Positions 1 through 9,783 of a DNA stretch of 32,000 nucleotides are shown here, piece after piece. Each line of letters begins with the position of its first letter. The stretch's first letter is position 1. Under the pieces are notes generated by a model, which saw nothing but the letters and a program-made list of their open reading frames with translations, did no database searches and was not told the origin of the DNA. The DNA is from Candidatus Saccharimonadota bacterium (GTDB lineage: Bacteria > Patescibacteriota > Saccharimonadia > Saccharimonadales > Saccharimonadaceae): NCBI GenBank assembly GCA_016700015.1, contig CP064995.1:900001-932000 (forward strand), given 5' to 3'. Made by a program: the position numbers and the translations under genes.

Positions 1-1049
1 AGCCAGAGAGTTTGCGGGCTACGCTCAGTGGGCGTGTCGATGCCGATACCTTGCGTGCCAAACTTGGCGGCATCAATATGACCGACGCCGAACTACGTGC
101 AGTGAAGCATGTCATGGTGATTGGTTGTGGCACTGCCTACTATGCCGGGCTGATGGCCGGTTACTTTATTGAACAATTTACTACTGATGTTGTGATGAGC
201 TCGCATGTTGCGAGCGAGCTACGGTATCGATCGTTTGCCGTACCAGATAACACGATTGCATTGATTGTCAGCCAAAGTGGCGAAACGGCTGACACCCTTG
301 CCTGTTTGCAAGAACTGAAGCGTCGCGGCGTACGCTGTCTTGGTGTGGTAAATGTTGTGGGTAGCACGATTGCGCGCGAAGTTGATGGTGGCGTGTATGT
401 ACATGTTGGTGCCGAGATAAGTGTAGCGAGTACCAAAGCGTTTACGTCGCAAGTTGTCGCGATGACGATCTTTGGGCTTATGCTGGCGCAGGCTAAGGGC
501 ACGAGTTTGCAACAGCTCAGCGATTATATAAACGAGCTTGCACTACTACCAAGCGAAATCGAAAAGACACTTGAAAAGCAGCAAGCGACCGTGAAGAAAC
601 TCGCGAAAAAATACGCTCACTACGATCATGCGCTCTATGTGGGGCGCGACACACTCTATCCGATTGCGCTCGAAGGCGCGTTGAAGCTAAAAGAAGTCAG
701 CTATATTCACGCTGAGGGTTACGCTGCGGGCGAACTGAAACATGGACCGATCGCACTGATCGACGACAGATTCTTTGAAGTTTGCTACTTGCAGGATAAC
801 TGGCTGTACGAGAAGACTCAAAGTAACCTGATAGAAATGAACGCTCGCGGTGCGCATGCTATTGTCATTACCGATACCGACAAGCGTGTGTCTGCAGAAG
901 TGGTGGTACGAGTGTCGACCAAACTTAAACTACTTACACCCCTAGTATTCAACGTAGTGTCTCAGCTTTTTGCCTATCATATGGCCGCACAACGTGGTAA
1001 TGATGTCGACCAGCCCCGCAACCTAGCGAAAAGCGTGACAGTAGAGTAA
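1..1049 (+). CDS. glmS: Glutamine--fructose-6-phosphate aminotransferase (isomerising), C-terminal SIS-domain part; the 5' end lies outside the window
   Basis: The frame is open from the window edge. Tandem SIS-domain motifs are present (VIGCGTAYYAG, SQSGETADT, EGYAAGELKHGPIALID), as is the family-typical C-terminus ...AKSVTVE*. Confidence 0.93.
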   Translation, partial: PESLRATLSGRVDADTLRAKLGGINMTDAELRAVKHVMVIGCGTAYYAGLMAGYFIEQFTTDVVMSSHVASELRYRSFAVPDNTIALIVSQSGETADTLACLQELKRRGVRCLGVVNVVGSTIAREVDGGVYVHVGAEISVASTKAFTSQVVAMTIFGLMLAQAKGTSLQQLSDYINELALLPSEIEKTLEKQQATVKKLAKKYAHYDHALYVGRDTLYPIALEGALKLKEVSYIHAEGYAAGELKHGPIALIDDRFFEVCYLQDNWLYEKTQSNLIEMNARGAHAIVITDTDKRVSAEVVVRVSTKLKLLTPLVFNVVSQLFAYHMAAQRGNDVDQPRNLAKSVTVE

Positions 1050-1109
1050 GTCTGGCACTATTGCTAACGCTTTTTCACTGAACTACACTTAAACTAGGAG
1101 TGTAGAACC

Positions 1110-2891
1110 ATGAATAAAGATTTGGAAGAAAGTATCGATAGCGCAGTTGATGCGATTGATGAGAAGGAAGTTGCAGAAGAGGAAACGCCAGACGCCGACA
1201 CTTCGCCTAAAGCAGATGACGATGCGAAGCCAGTCGATGGTGCCTTAAAGTTTGGCGATAAGTCAACGCGCCGTTTGCGCAAAAAACGACTTATCGTAGC
1301 TGGCGTAGTAGTAGCGGCGGTTATAGCATTGTTCTCGGTTGTGCCGTTTCTGCGCTATGGTGTAGCAGGTATGGTGGTAAGCAAGCAGGTGGTACTAACC
1401 GTGCTCGACACGGCAACGCAAAAACCAGTCAGCGACGCCATGGTATCGCTTGGGCGGTTTGACGGCGTGAGTGATGGCAAGGGTAAAGTGGTTATTAACG
1501 GTGTACCGGTGGGAGAATATACACTGGTGATTGAGAAGAAAAACTATGAGACGCTAAAAAGCAGCCACATAGTTCCCATATTCATGCTGGCAAAAAATAC
1601 TTCCCTCAGCATGAAAGCTACCGGGCGAACTGTTACGATGACAGTGACGAATAGTCTGACTGGCAAGCCGATTGCAGGGGCGAGAGTGGATATAGAAGGC
1701 TCGACGGCCGCTAGCGATGACAAGGGTGTAGCGAGCGTAGTGCTACCAGTGCGTAGCGATGAACAGCAGGGTACAGTGAAGGCGGATGGTTACAACGATC
1801 AGGCCCTGACAATAAGTATGAAGACGAATGACGACCAAAAGGCGGAAGTTAAACTGACGCCCGCAGGCAAGGTGTATTTCCTTAGCAAGCGCACTGGCAT
1901 GATAAATGTCATGAGTGCCAACCTAGATGGCAGTGGCCAAGCAGTAGTGGTACAGGGTACCGGCAAAGAACTCGACAACGAAACTTCCCTGTTACCATCG
2001 CCCGACTGGAATACGCTTGTACTTATCACTCGCCGTGACAATGAGCGCAGCAAGCTATACGCTGTTTCGACGGCTAGTCCTGAGCCGAAATTGGTAGAAA
2101 GCGGCGATGTGTCGTACGAACCAATTGGCTGGGTTGGCGGTAAGTTTTTCTACAAAACCCGCAGCAATGCCGGTACCATATATAGCAACGAATATATACA
2201 GCTCGTGAGCTACGATAGTGCAACTGGTAGTCGACAAGTTGTCGACAAAACAGTGGGTATTGGTACAAATTGGAATGACTATTCGGCACAACAAATGACA
2301 GCAGGCTACATAATAAATGGTCGGGTGGTATACATGAAGTTTTGGCAGTACGGTACTGCAGCTTCCCCAAAGAATCGCCCATTTGAAGTTATGAGTATTA
2401 ACCCAGTCGGCAATGTAAAATCGGTTGTGAAAACGATTGCTGCTGAGGGTGAGTTTTATGGTGACGCACTCATGAGGCGCCCTAATTCCCTCATGCTACG
2501 CCAAGGTGCAAGTGACAATCAGGCGACCTATTATGAGTATAGCGACGGCAAGGTAGTGTCGATCAAAATGGAAACCGCCGACTTTTATGCCGCCCAGCCA
2601 ACCTACTTTATGTCGCCGAGTGGCGAAAAGGCGTTTTGGCAGGAATCAAGGGACGGCCGGAATGTGCTGTTTGTGGCTGGCAAAAATCTAACCGGTGGCA
2701 ACCAAGTGAGTACCGGTGACTATGCAGCCTACGGATGGGTGAGCGACGACTATGTGCTCTACAGCAAAAACCGCAGTGAACTCTATATTGCTCCGGCGGG
2801 CACAGCATTTGCTGGCGAACATAAAATAACTGATTACCACAAGGCGATGGCATACCCAGGGTACGGCTGGGGTGCGGGCGGCGCAAACTAG
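1110..2891 (+). CDS. Membrane-anchored envelope protein: acidic N-terminus, one TM helix, two carboxypeptidase-regulatory/Ig-like domains, C-terminal TolB-like beta-propeller region
   Basis: AGGAG lies 8 nt upstream of the ATG. There is a TM segment LIVAGVVVAAVIALFSVVPFL. Two segments have a similar pattern (VLTVLDTATQKPVSDAMVSL...GEYTLVIEKKNYE and VTMTVTNSLTGKPIAGARVDIEG...). The later region is rich in G/Y/W repeats, as in beta-propellers. Confidence 0.6.
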   Translation: MNKDLEESIDSAVDAIDEKEVAEEETPDADTSPKADDDAKPVDGALKFGDKSTRRLRKKRLIVAGVVVAAVIALFSVVPFLRYGVAGMVVSKQVVLTVLDTATQKPVSDAMVSLGRFDGVSDGKGKVVINGVPVGEYTLVIEKKNYETLKSSHIVPIFMLAKNTSLSMKATGRTVTMTVTNSLTGKPIAGARVDIEGSTAASDDKGVASVVLPVRSDEQQGTVKADGYNDQALTISMKTNDDQKAEVKLTPAGKVYFLSKRTGMINVMSANLDGSGQAVVVQGTGKELDNETSLLPSPDWNTLVLITRRDNERSKLYAVSTASPEPKLVESGDVSYEPIGWVGGKFFYKTRSNAGTIYSNEYIQLVSYDSATGSRQVVDKTVGIGTNWNDYSAQQMTAGYIINGRVVYMKFWQYGTAASPKNRPFEVMSINPVGNVKSVVKTIAAEGEFYGDALMRRPNSLMLRQGASDNQATYYEYSDGKVVSIKMETADFYAAQPTYFMSPSGEKAFWQESRDGRNVLFVAGKNLTGGNQVSTGDYAAYGWVSDDYVLYSKNRSELYIAPAGTAFAGEHKITDYHKAMAYPGYGWGAGGAN

Positions 2892-4027
2892 CGGGGCAGT
2901 TGGTCGGCTACAACTTTTCGTAATTTCGTAATAAAGAGCGATTTGTCGAAGCGGCGGGCGGTACGGTTAAGCTTGCTTGGGAAAAACTGTAATCGCTCAG
3001 CACGAGTAATGGCAGCGATAACCGCGTCAACTGACTGTTCGCGAAATAGGACACCGGTTTCGCCGTCGGTCACAATGTCCAGTGTACCGGCTTTGCCGAG
3101 TGCAATAACTGGCGCACCAGCAGCCAGGGCTTCAACTTGCACAATGCCGAAATCTTCTTCGGCTGCATAAATAAATCCTTTGGCGGTATTGAGCGTGGTA
3201 TCGACTGCCGTGTCAGAAGCATCGCCGAAACGGTCGGTGCAAAATGTTATGCCAGGACCCGCTATCGCTACCAGTTTTTCGTGCGCGGGGCCATTACCAA
3301 AGACATACAGTGGTACCCCGAGTTTTGTACAAGCCGCGACCACAAGGTCGTAGCGTTTGTAGGGCAGTTGGCGACCAATTGTCACGTAGTGGCTGCCACG
3401 TTCACGTGCTGGCGCAAAGCGTTTGGTATCGACAGGCGGGTGAATGACAGTGCTTTTGCGGCCATAGTAGCGCTGAATACGCTCAGCGGTTTCAGATGAA
3501 TTGGCAATATAAACATCGACTTTTTGCGCCGCTTCAAGGTCAAGCTTGCGTTGGCGCGGTACCACCAGCGGCATCAGGGTACGAATGACTGGGTTTAATT
3601 TGCCAAAGCCCGGGTCGCGGCGGTACTCATCGTAGTGGCTCCAGTAGTAGCGCGGCGGCGTGTGACAATAGGCGATGACTACTTGGTCGGGGCGTGACTT
3701 TGTAACCTGGTGTCCGTGCAGGTATGTACTGGTGACGATGATGTCATATTCCGATAGGTCGAGCCTTCGCATAGCGCCGACAGCCATGGTGGGAAATAAT
3801 TTGTGATAGCTGCGGAGTCTTTTTGGTAGTTTTTGTAGGCTTGATGTACGAACATCGAGTTTGGCAAATGCCGGTACTTTATTGGGGTTATAGAGCGCAG
3901 TGTAGATTGGCGCATCCGGAAACGCTTCGTGCATCGCCAGCACAACATTTTCCGCACCACCCATGACGGTCAGGAAATCGCAGACGATAGCAATGCGGGG
4001 TGTCTTCATCATAATGTAATTATACAA
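2888..4027 (-). CDS. GT4-family (GT-B fold) glycosyltransferase
   Basis: N-terminus reads RIAIVCDFLTVMGGAENV. The C-terminal Glycos_transf_1 signature EEDFGIVQVEALAAGAPVIA...GETGVLF (EX7E) is present. The true start may be the internal MMKTPR a few codons downstream. Its stop overlaps the stop of the convergent gene (shared CTAG). Confidence 0.88.
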   Translation of the reverse strand: MYNYIMMKTPRIAIVCDFLTVMGGAENVVLAMHEAFPDAPIYTALYNPNKVPAFAKLDVRTSSLQKLPKRLRSYHKLFPTMAVGAMRRLDLSEYDIIVTSTYLHGHQVTKSRPDQVVIAYCHTPPRYYWSHYDEYRRDPGFGKLNPVIRTLMPLVVPRQRKLDLEAAQKVDVYIANSSETAERIQRYYGRKSTVIHPPVDTKRFAPARERGSHYVTIGRQLPYKRYDLVVAACTKLGVPLYVFGNGPAHEKLVAIAGPGITFCTDRFGDASDTAVDTTLNTAKGFIYAAEEDFGIVQVEALAAGAPVIALGKAGTLDIVTDGETGVLFREQSVDAVIAAITRAERLQFFPSKLNRTARRFDKSLFITKLRKVVADQLPR

Positions 4028-4029
4028 CC

Positions 4030-6678
4030 ATGTGTCACTTATGCTTGTGTTCGACTAATGTAAGAAGTATGATACGTCCAACTATGAGGCGTAAATATGT
4101 ACGGTATATTACGGTTGTCGTCTTTGTTTGTTTTTGTACGACGACACAAGTTTATGCTGGTAGTACCGCTCCGGACTGGATAAGTGGTCAGCTATATATT
4201 ACCTCTACGCAACCTAACCAGACCAAGGGCTGCTTTAATGGAACAGAAAAACAAACTGTTAAGTTAGTACGCAAAGACGCTACTACCGACAATAAATATG
4301 TCGAGCTTGTTGAGTGCGTTTTGCACGGTAAAGGCTTTGATCTGCTGTACGGTGTAACCTACGTCGGCAACACAGGGATTGTTGGTATATATGCTATTAA
4401 ACTTGAAGGTGATGACGTATTCCGCTACCTACGGCTACAACAGTATTCGTATAGGATCGCAGAAGGGACCGATAAGCTTTTCGTGTACGACTCATCGTAT
4501 GGTCAGATGCATGTTCTGCGTGGCGTGGCGTCGGCCCTCGTGGTATCTGTAAGTTCGTCGGGTGGCGAAGTCATCGAATATACTCCTAACACCCGGATGG
4601 ATAACGGGCATCACTATTGGATTAGTGGTGCAAGCGAAATTACGATAGATCCGAGCGGTACTTACCTAGTATATGCCCATTACTATGATGATACTTTGGC
4701 CAAGATCAACACGGTCGATGACACTCAGCAATTTATTCAATTAAATCCAAGGAAACTGGGCACAACACCATATGTTAAAGCCGTTTCCTCGGATGGTCGT
4801 TTCGTATATATAAACGGTATTGAGCGCATTATTGATACAGACAGCTGTGTTACGCCAGACGAGGTGTTTTTCTCTGTATGTAAGGAGAGGGATATCGGGA
4901 CGCCCCTTATGGGTTATATGGGGGATAATTTTGCGGCGGGTGATGCCATATTTTTCGATGACAACTTCTCACTTAGGTTCATCGGCATCCCTCGTGACTA
5001 TACACATGTGACGCAGGAAATTACGGTGTCGCTTAGGGTTGATATCAGCAAACTAACCTACCTTGCGCTTGGGGATTCATACACGAGCGGAGAGGGGGAT
5101 TTAGAGAAAGATGCAAACGGTATAACCCATTATTTGCCGCTTACTGACATCGGCTCTGACACGTGTCACATCAGTTCACGGTCATATCCATTTTTACTAC
5201 GCGACGCATGGGGAGTTGAGCCGAAAAATATGCACTCGGTGGCATGCTCGGGTTCATGGTTGATAAAAGATTATATGGCTGATCCACAGACATACCTCGG
5301 GCAGGGTGATCGGTTGAGCACACACGAGGACGATTTAGATACAGTCCGGCAGACAGCACTTGAAAAGTACATTCCTGGGAGAGTTCCGCAGATTGAGTTC
5401 GTGAAAAAATACAAACCGGACATCGTCACTTTTACTGGGGGTGGTAACGATGTCGGTTTTGTCGATATACTTACGTATTGTGCTTCAAGCGTGGAGTCCT
5501 GCGGCTATGTCAAGGGGGGATATGGCTCGATGCACGACGACCTCATGGCTTCAATTGACGATCAATATGGGTACACTAAGTTGTTTATCAATAAATTGAA
5601 AACTGCATCACCAGGTTCGCAGGTATATGCGATTGGGTATCCAAAGTTTGTTTATGAAGATGCGATTTGTGGCTTAAATGGTGCGCTGCTTGATAAGAAA
5701 GAACGCCAATTGATTAATGAAGCCGTTGATCGACTTAATGCAGTAATTGCAAGAGCAGCGAAAGACACGGTTACACCATACCTCGACATAACCACAGCGC
5801 TCTCAGGCGGAAGAATATGTGAAGGGTCGGCCTATGTGACAGATTTCTTAAGTGGCTTTCTGGCATCTCAGCGTTTGACGGATCCAAATATGTTTCACCC
5901 AAACGCAGCCGGTCATGCAAAAATGGCTGAATCGATTATTGAGGCAAAAAATAGAGTTGAACAAGGCGTGGGTACAATTGTCCCCACGGTGCCAAGTGTG
6001 GAGCGAACATACAAACTATATCGCCAAGACATAACTGCTCGAGACCTGGTCGCTGGCAGCACGACAATTATTTCAACACCAGACGGTATGTTTGCACCAA
6101 ATTCTGGAGTTTCGATCGGTGGCCAGTCAGAACCAGTATCTATTGCCGATGTAATGGCAGATGCTAACGGAGCGATACATTGGGTGGGTATGCTACCAAG
6201 AGCACTAGCGGGTGGTGTGCATTTACTGACTGCGACAGGCTATGGTACCGATGGTACGCCGATTCAGCTTCAACAGTTTGTGACCGTATTCTCGTCTGAA
6301 GCGGCCAAAACGAATGCTAATATGTGTGACGCGATACACCATTGGTATAGAGATGACGGCTATGATGTATGTTCAAATTCAGCAGAGACCGTGGTAAGCG
6401 CCCCATCGAGTTCGAAGGGTAAAGTGGCGATATCGACGAAGAATTCGACAAATCTTCCTCAACTATCAATCGAATCCTCCAGTATAGCTGCTAATAGCTT
6501 GTCAGAGAAGGAGACTACGCGCGGAGGGTCGAATGTTGCTACCACTACTATCACCACTAGTTCGAGTGATACCAGTGTGAATTTTGGAACCGTCATCGTG
6601 ATCACTTTGGGTATTCTAGGTGTAGTTGGTATACTGGTAATGGTAGTAAAATTCTACGGAAGAGCAAATGGCAGATAA
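4030..6678 (+). CDS. Large secreted/surface SGNH (GDSL) hydrolase with an N-terminal signal peptide and a C-terminal Ser/Thr-rich linker plus TM anchor
   Basis: SGNH block I is YLALGDSYTSGEG, block III is FTGGGNDVGF and block V is FHPNAAGHAKMA. The signal-like segment is RRKYVRYITVVVFVCFCTTTQVYA|GS. The C-terminus reads TTTITTSSSDTS...VIVITLGILGVVGILVMVVKF. The real start is more likely ATG 4069 or 4084 than 4030, which sits only 2 nt from the divergent gene. Confidence 0.82.
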   Translation: MCHLCLCSTNVRSMIRPTMRRKYVRYITVVVFVCFCTTTQVYAGSTAPDWISGQLYITSTQPNQTKGCFNGTEKQTVKLVRKDATTDNKYVELVECVLHGKGFDLLYGVTYVGNTGIVGIYAIKLEGDDVFRYLRLQQYSYRIAEGTDKLFVYDSSYGQMHVLRGVASALVVSVSSSGGEVIEYTPNTRMDNGHHYWISGASEITIDPSGTYLVYAHYYDDTLAKINTVDDTQQFIQLNPRKLGTTPYVKAVSSDGRFVYINGIERIIDTDSCVTPDEVFFSVCKERDIGTPLMGYMGDNFAAGDAIFFDDNFSLRFIGIPRDYTHVTQEITVSLRVDISKLTYLALGDSYTSGEGDLEKDANGITHYLPLTDIGSDTCHISSRSYPFLLRDAWGVEPKNMHSVACSGSWLIKDYMADPQTYLGQGDRLSTHEDDLDTVRQTALEKYIPGRVPQIEFVKKYKPDIVTFTGGGNDVGFVDILTYCASSVESCGYVKGGYGSMHDDLMASIDDQYGYTKLFINKLKTASPGSQVYAIGYPKFVYEDAICGLNGALLDKKERQLINEAVDRLNAVIARAAKDTVTPYLDITTALSGGRICEGSAYVTDFLSGFLASQRLTDPNMFHPNAAGHAKMAESIIEAKNRVEQGVGTIVPTVPSVERTYKLYRQDITARDLVAGSTTIISTPDGMFAPNSGVSIGGQSEPVSIADVMADANGAIHWVGMLPRALAGGVHLLTATGYGTDGTPIQLQQFVTVFSSEAAKTNANMCDAIHHWYRDDGYDVCSNSAETVVSAPSSSKGKVAISTKNSTNLPQLSIESSSIAANSLSEKETTRGGSNVATTTITTSSSDTSVNFGTVIVITLGILGVVGILVMVVKFYGRANGR

Positions 6679-6976
6679 TAAACAACATAAGAAAAGAAAA
6701 CAACTTCTCATAGCGGGAGCAGTGATAATATTGGCCGTACTGCTCTATGACCTTAGCCCTTTTGGGGGCAATATTCGTTTCTACGTCAAGTGGGCACAGT
6801 GCGGTAGCCGTCCTGTAGAGACCGCGGGGCTACCAGGTATTAACTGGTATCAAGAAGCGCCAATTTACGCACCAATACGAACTCAAGTTTGGTATTGTAC
6901 CCCGCTTGAGGCAGAGCAGGCTGGTTACTCCGCTAGTGCAACAACTTGGACATTTCCTCACCTCCACAAGAATTAG
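6668..6976 (+). CDS. Small N-terminally TM-anchored hypothetical protein (102 aa)
   Basis: It overlaps the upstream stop by 11 nt. It has a basic N-terminus plus a TM helix (LLIAGAVIILAVLLY). I recognise no family. Confidence 0.5.
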   Translation: MADNKQHKKRKQLLIAGAVIILAVLLYDLSPFGGNIRFYVKWAQCGSRPVETAGLPGINWYQEAPIYAPIRTQVWYCTPLEAEQAGYSASATTWTFPHLHKN

Positions 6977-8434
6977 TTACTTCGCTCCGGTTTTGCGTAG
7001 TACCACGCCGACCGTTTTGAAAAGAATTCGCAGGTCGAGCCAGAAGCTCCAGTTTTGGGCGTAGTAGAGCTCGAGCTCTATGCGCTCGTCGAAGCTTAGT
7101 TCGCTTCGGCCCGACACTTGCCATAGGCCGGTTACGCCGCTTTTGACGCTATGTAGCAGCGCGGTGCGGGCGGGTGCAAAGTCGACTTCTTGTGGCAATA
7201 TCGGCCGAGGGCCGACAAGGCTTAGATCGCCGCGAATGACATTGAAAATTTGCGGCAGTTCGTCGAGTGAGGTCTCGCGTAGAAATTTGCCCAGCTTTGT
7301 AATGCGTGGATCATCCACAACCTTGTGATTCTTTTTATACTCTGCCGCTAAGTCGGGACGACCCATGTCGATAAATTCCAGGCTCGCGTCTTTTTTGCCG
7401 TACTGCGAACCCATGGTACGGAATTTTATAAGCCGCACCGGCTTGCTAAATTGGCTCAGGCGCTTGCTCACGTAAAATACCGGTCCTGGCGCAAATAGTT
7501 TTTGCAGCAGGGCGATGATGAGTAAAATCGGGCCAATAGGTACAAGGAGTATGATCGAGACGATGAAATCAAAGATGCGTTTGACAATAGCACCCCAGCC
7601 AGTAAGTGGCGTCTGGCTAACCGTTATCATGGGGTAGCCGAGGAACACATCGACAGTGTTTTTGCCTGTGTAAAATTCTGGCTCACCCGGAATAAAGTTG
7701 TACTGAATGTGGTTTACCTGCGCAGCGCCAAGAATTTTGTGGTTGCGGTCTTCGCTATCGTACAGGTCGGTTTGAATGATGGTATCGATATGCAAGCGAT
7801 TAATTTCACGAATCGCTTCTTCGACATTGCTATAGTGCCTGGCGCCAATTTCGACAGGCAGCAAACGAGCCGGGCCGGCCATCGCTACTACCTGGTAGCC
7901 AGAACGGGAAGTCGAGCTGAGGCTACGAATAATATCACGCGTAGCGGCAGAGTTGCCGATGACAAGCACGCGGTTGACACCGCGACCATAGCGGTACAGT
8001 TCGGCACGGGTGGTACGCACAAGTTCGCGCGCAAGAATGATAGTGAATATCGAGCCGGCGAGTACATACCACGTGACCAGACGAGCGGGAAAAATATGAA
8101 CACTTGTAGCGTATTCCCAGCCGATAACAAGTAGCACGCCAATAAACGACCCGAGTGCAATCCGTGCCCATTCAACTAAACGGCGATTATAGACGCCCGG
8201 ACTATACAGGCCTAAATTGGCGAAAATAAAAATCCACACGGGGGCAACGGCCAAGAAGCCGCGGATGTAATCCCATTTATACACTGGGTAAAGCAGATCG
8301 CGCTGGTCAAGCTGAGTACGAATATAGTAGGCTGCGAAAAATACTGCCGCCAGAATCGCGAAGTCGATGGCGATGAGTAACAGGCTGTAAAATTTGGTGT
8401 GTTTCGAGGGCATAATGTAGCTATAGTATACCAT
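6977..8434 (-). CDS. Polyprenyl-phosphate hexose-1-phosphate transferase (WbaP/WcaJ-like bacterial sugar transferase, EPS/O-antigen priming enzyme)
   Basis: It has N-terminal TM helices and a central Rossmann-like region (VLVIGNSAATRDI). The C-terminal Bac_transf motifs are KRIFDFIVSIILLV...GPVFY...RLIKFRTM...DELPQIFNVIRGDLSLVGPRP. An alternative start is MPSKH at 8413. Confidence 0.9.
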   Translation of the reverse strand: MVYYSYIMPSKHTKFYSLLLIAIDFAILAAVFFAAYYIRTQLDQRDLLYPVYKWDYIRGFLAVAPVWIFIFANLGLYSPGVYNRRLVEWARIALGSFIGVLLVIGWEYATSVHIFPARLVTWYVLAGSIFTIILARELVRTTRAELYRYGRGVNRVLVIGNSAATRDIIRSLSSTSRSGYQVVAMAGPARLLPVEIGARHYSNVEEAIREINRLHIDTIIQTDLYDSEDRNHKILGAAQVNHIQYNFIPGEPEFYTGKNTVDVFLGYPMITVSQTPLTGWGAIVKRIFDFIVSIILLVPIGPILLIIALLQKLFAPGPVFYVSKRLSQFSKPVRLIKFRTMGSQYGKKDASLEFIDMGRPDLAAEYKKNHKVVDDPRITKLGKFLRETSLDELPQIFNVIRGDLSLVGPRPILPQEVDFAPARTALLHSVKSGVTGLWQVSGRSELSFDERIELELYYAQNWSFWLDLRILFKTVGVVLRKTGAK

Positions 8435-8454
8435 TTTTTAGTACAATACGGGGT

Positions 8455-9783
8455 ATGACACGTAACGCGCCGACGAGGGTACTTGAGCTATCAGCCGCAT
8501 GGCTGCTGCTTGTCGTACTAGCTTTCATTGTGCTGCATGCGCCGCTTAGTGTGTATGTCGGCAGCAATTGGCCGGCGCTAGAACTAGTGGTAAAAGCCTG
8601 GAAAGAACTGCTTATGAGCCTGGCTGCGGTACTACTAGCGGTGGAAGTGTCACGGCAGCATGCATGGCAGTTATTTACGCGCGACAAGCTGTTCTGGTGT
8701 GTGGTTGGCTATGCGGCACTCCATTTTGTTAGCCTACTACTGCGGCCGACCGACGCACTGGTAGCGGTTGCCGGTATTGCGATTGATCTGCGCTATATAT
8801 TGTACTTTGCGCTCATCTATGCATTTTTGCGACTCTACCCAGGCTACGTACGGTCGTTTTTGAAAGTAGCGGCTATGGGGGCATGTATTGTTGTTGGTTT
8901 TGCGGCCTTGCAACTCGTACTTCCGCCCGACGCGTTGCGGGTATTTGGCTACAGCGACACGACGATCCAACCATACCTCACTGTCGACGAAAACCACGAT
9001 TATATACGACACAACAGCACACTTCGTGGTCCTAACCCGCTTGGCGCCTATGCGCTGATGGTACTGGTAGCGGTGGTCGCGGCAGGTATGCACTATGGTA
9101 GGAGGCTCACTGACGCGAGGCGAAAACTACTCCATGCTGGCCTAGCAATTGGTGGTGGTATTGCGGTGTGGATTAGCTATTCGCGCAGTGCCGTGATTGG
9201 TTTGCTGATTGCGCTCGCGCTAATTGTTGGTGTGAAACGGAAAGTTCGTGCGACAAAGAAAAGCATTATGGTCGCGGTGATTGTGTTAACTGCACTTGGC
9301 GCCATGTGGTACATAGTGCAGGGCACGAGCTTTGTCCACAATGTCGTGTTGCATGACAACCCCAGCACCGGTGCGTCAGTTGATTCGAATACTGGCCATG
9401 CGGTTTCACTAGCTGATGGCCTGCAAAGCGCGCTTATCCAACCACTTGGTACGGGAGTGGGCAGCACGGGATCGGCATCGCTTTTTGGCGATGCGCATAC
9501 CATAATTGAAAACCAATATCTAATGGTCGCTCACGAGACGGGCTGGGCGGGCTTAGCTTTGTTCGTTGTGATTTTTGTTAGTGTATTGCTGCGATTATGG
9601 AAGCTGCGTAGTGATTGGATGGCACTTGCAGTGTGGGCGAGCGGTATTGGACTTGCGACTATTGGCCTTTTACTGCCTGTGTGGGTAGATGATACGGTCA
9701 GTATCGTGTGGTGGGGGTTGGCGGCGGTGATACTAGCGAAGGGAGCAGCATATGGAACAACGTCCAACAAAAAAGCAGCGTGA
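8455..9783 (+). CDS. O-antigen ligase / Wzy-like polytopic membrane protein
   Basis: About 10-12 hydrophobic helices are present. There is a Wzy_C-like stretch (WISYSRSAVIGLLIALAL) followed by a periplasmic loop. It is divergent from the priming transferase. Confidence 0.8.
   Translation: MTRNAPTRVLELSAAWLLLVVLAFIVLHAPLSVYVGSNWPALELVVKAWKELLMSLAAVLLAVEVSRQHAWQLFTRDKLFWCVVGYAALHFVSLLLRPTDALVAVAGIAIDLRYILYFALIYAFLRLYPGYVRSFLKVAAMGACIVVGFAALQLVLPPDALRVFGYSDTTIQPYLTVDENHDYIRHNSTLRGPNPLGAYALMVLVAVVAAGMHYGRRLTDARRKLLHAGLAIGGGIAVWISYSRSAVIGLLIALALIVGVKRKVRATKKSIMVAVIVLTALGAMWYIVQGTSFVHNVVLHDNPSTGASVDSNTGHAVSLADGLQSALIQPLGTGVGSTGSASLFGDAHTIIENQYLMVAHETGWAGLALFVVIFVSVLLRLWKLRSDWMALAVWASGIGLATIGLLLPVWVDDTVSIVWWGLAAVILAKGAAYGTTSNKKAA

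Noticed and set aside
161-512. Antisense ORFs within glmS (113 aa and 97 aa)
   Set aside because: These are shadow ORFs opposite a confidently identified gene. The same applies to other ORF-track entries wholly inside larger recognised genes, for example 7709-8134 (+), 11361-11792 (-), 12439-12741 (-), 16830-17183 (+), 19121-19441 (+), 23629-23949 (-), 25631-25891 (-) and 29522-29944 (-).
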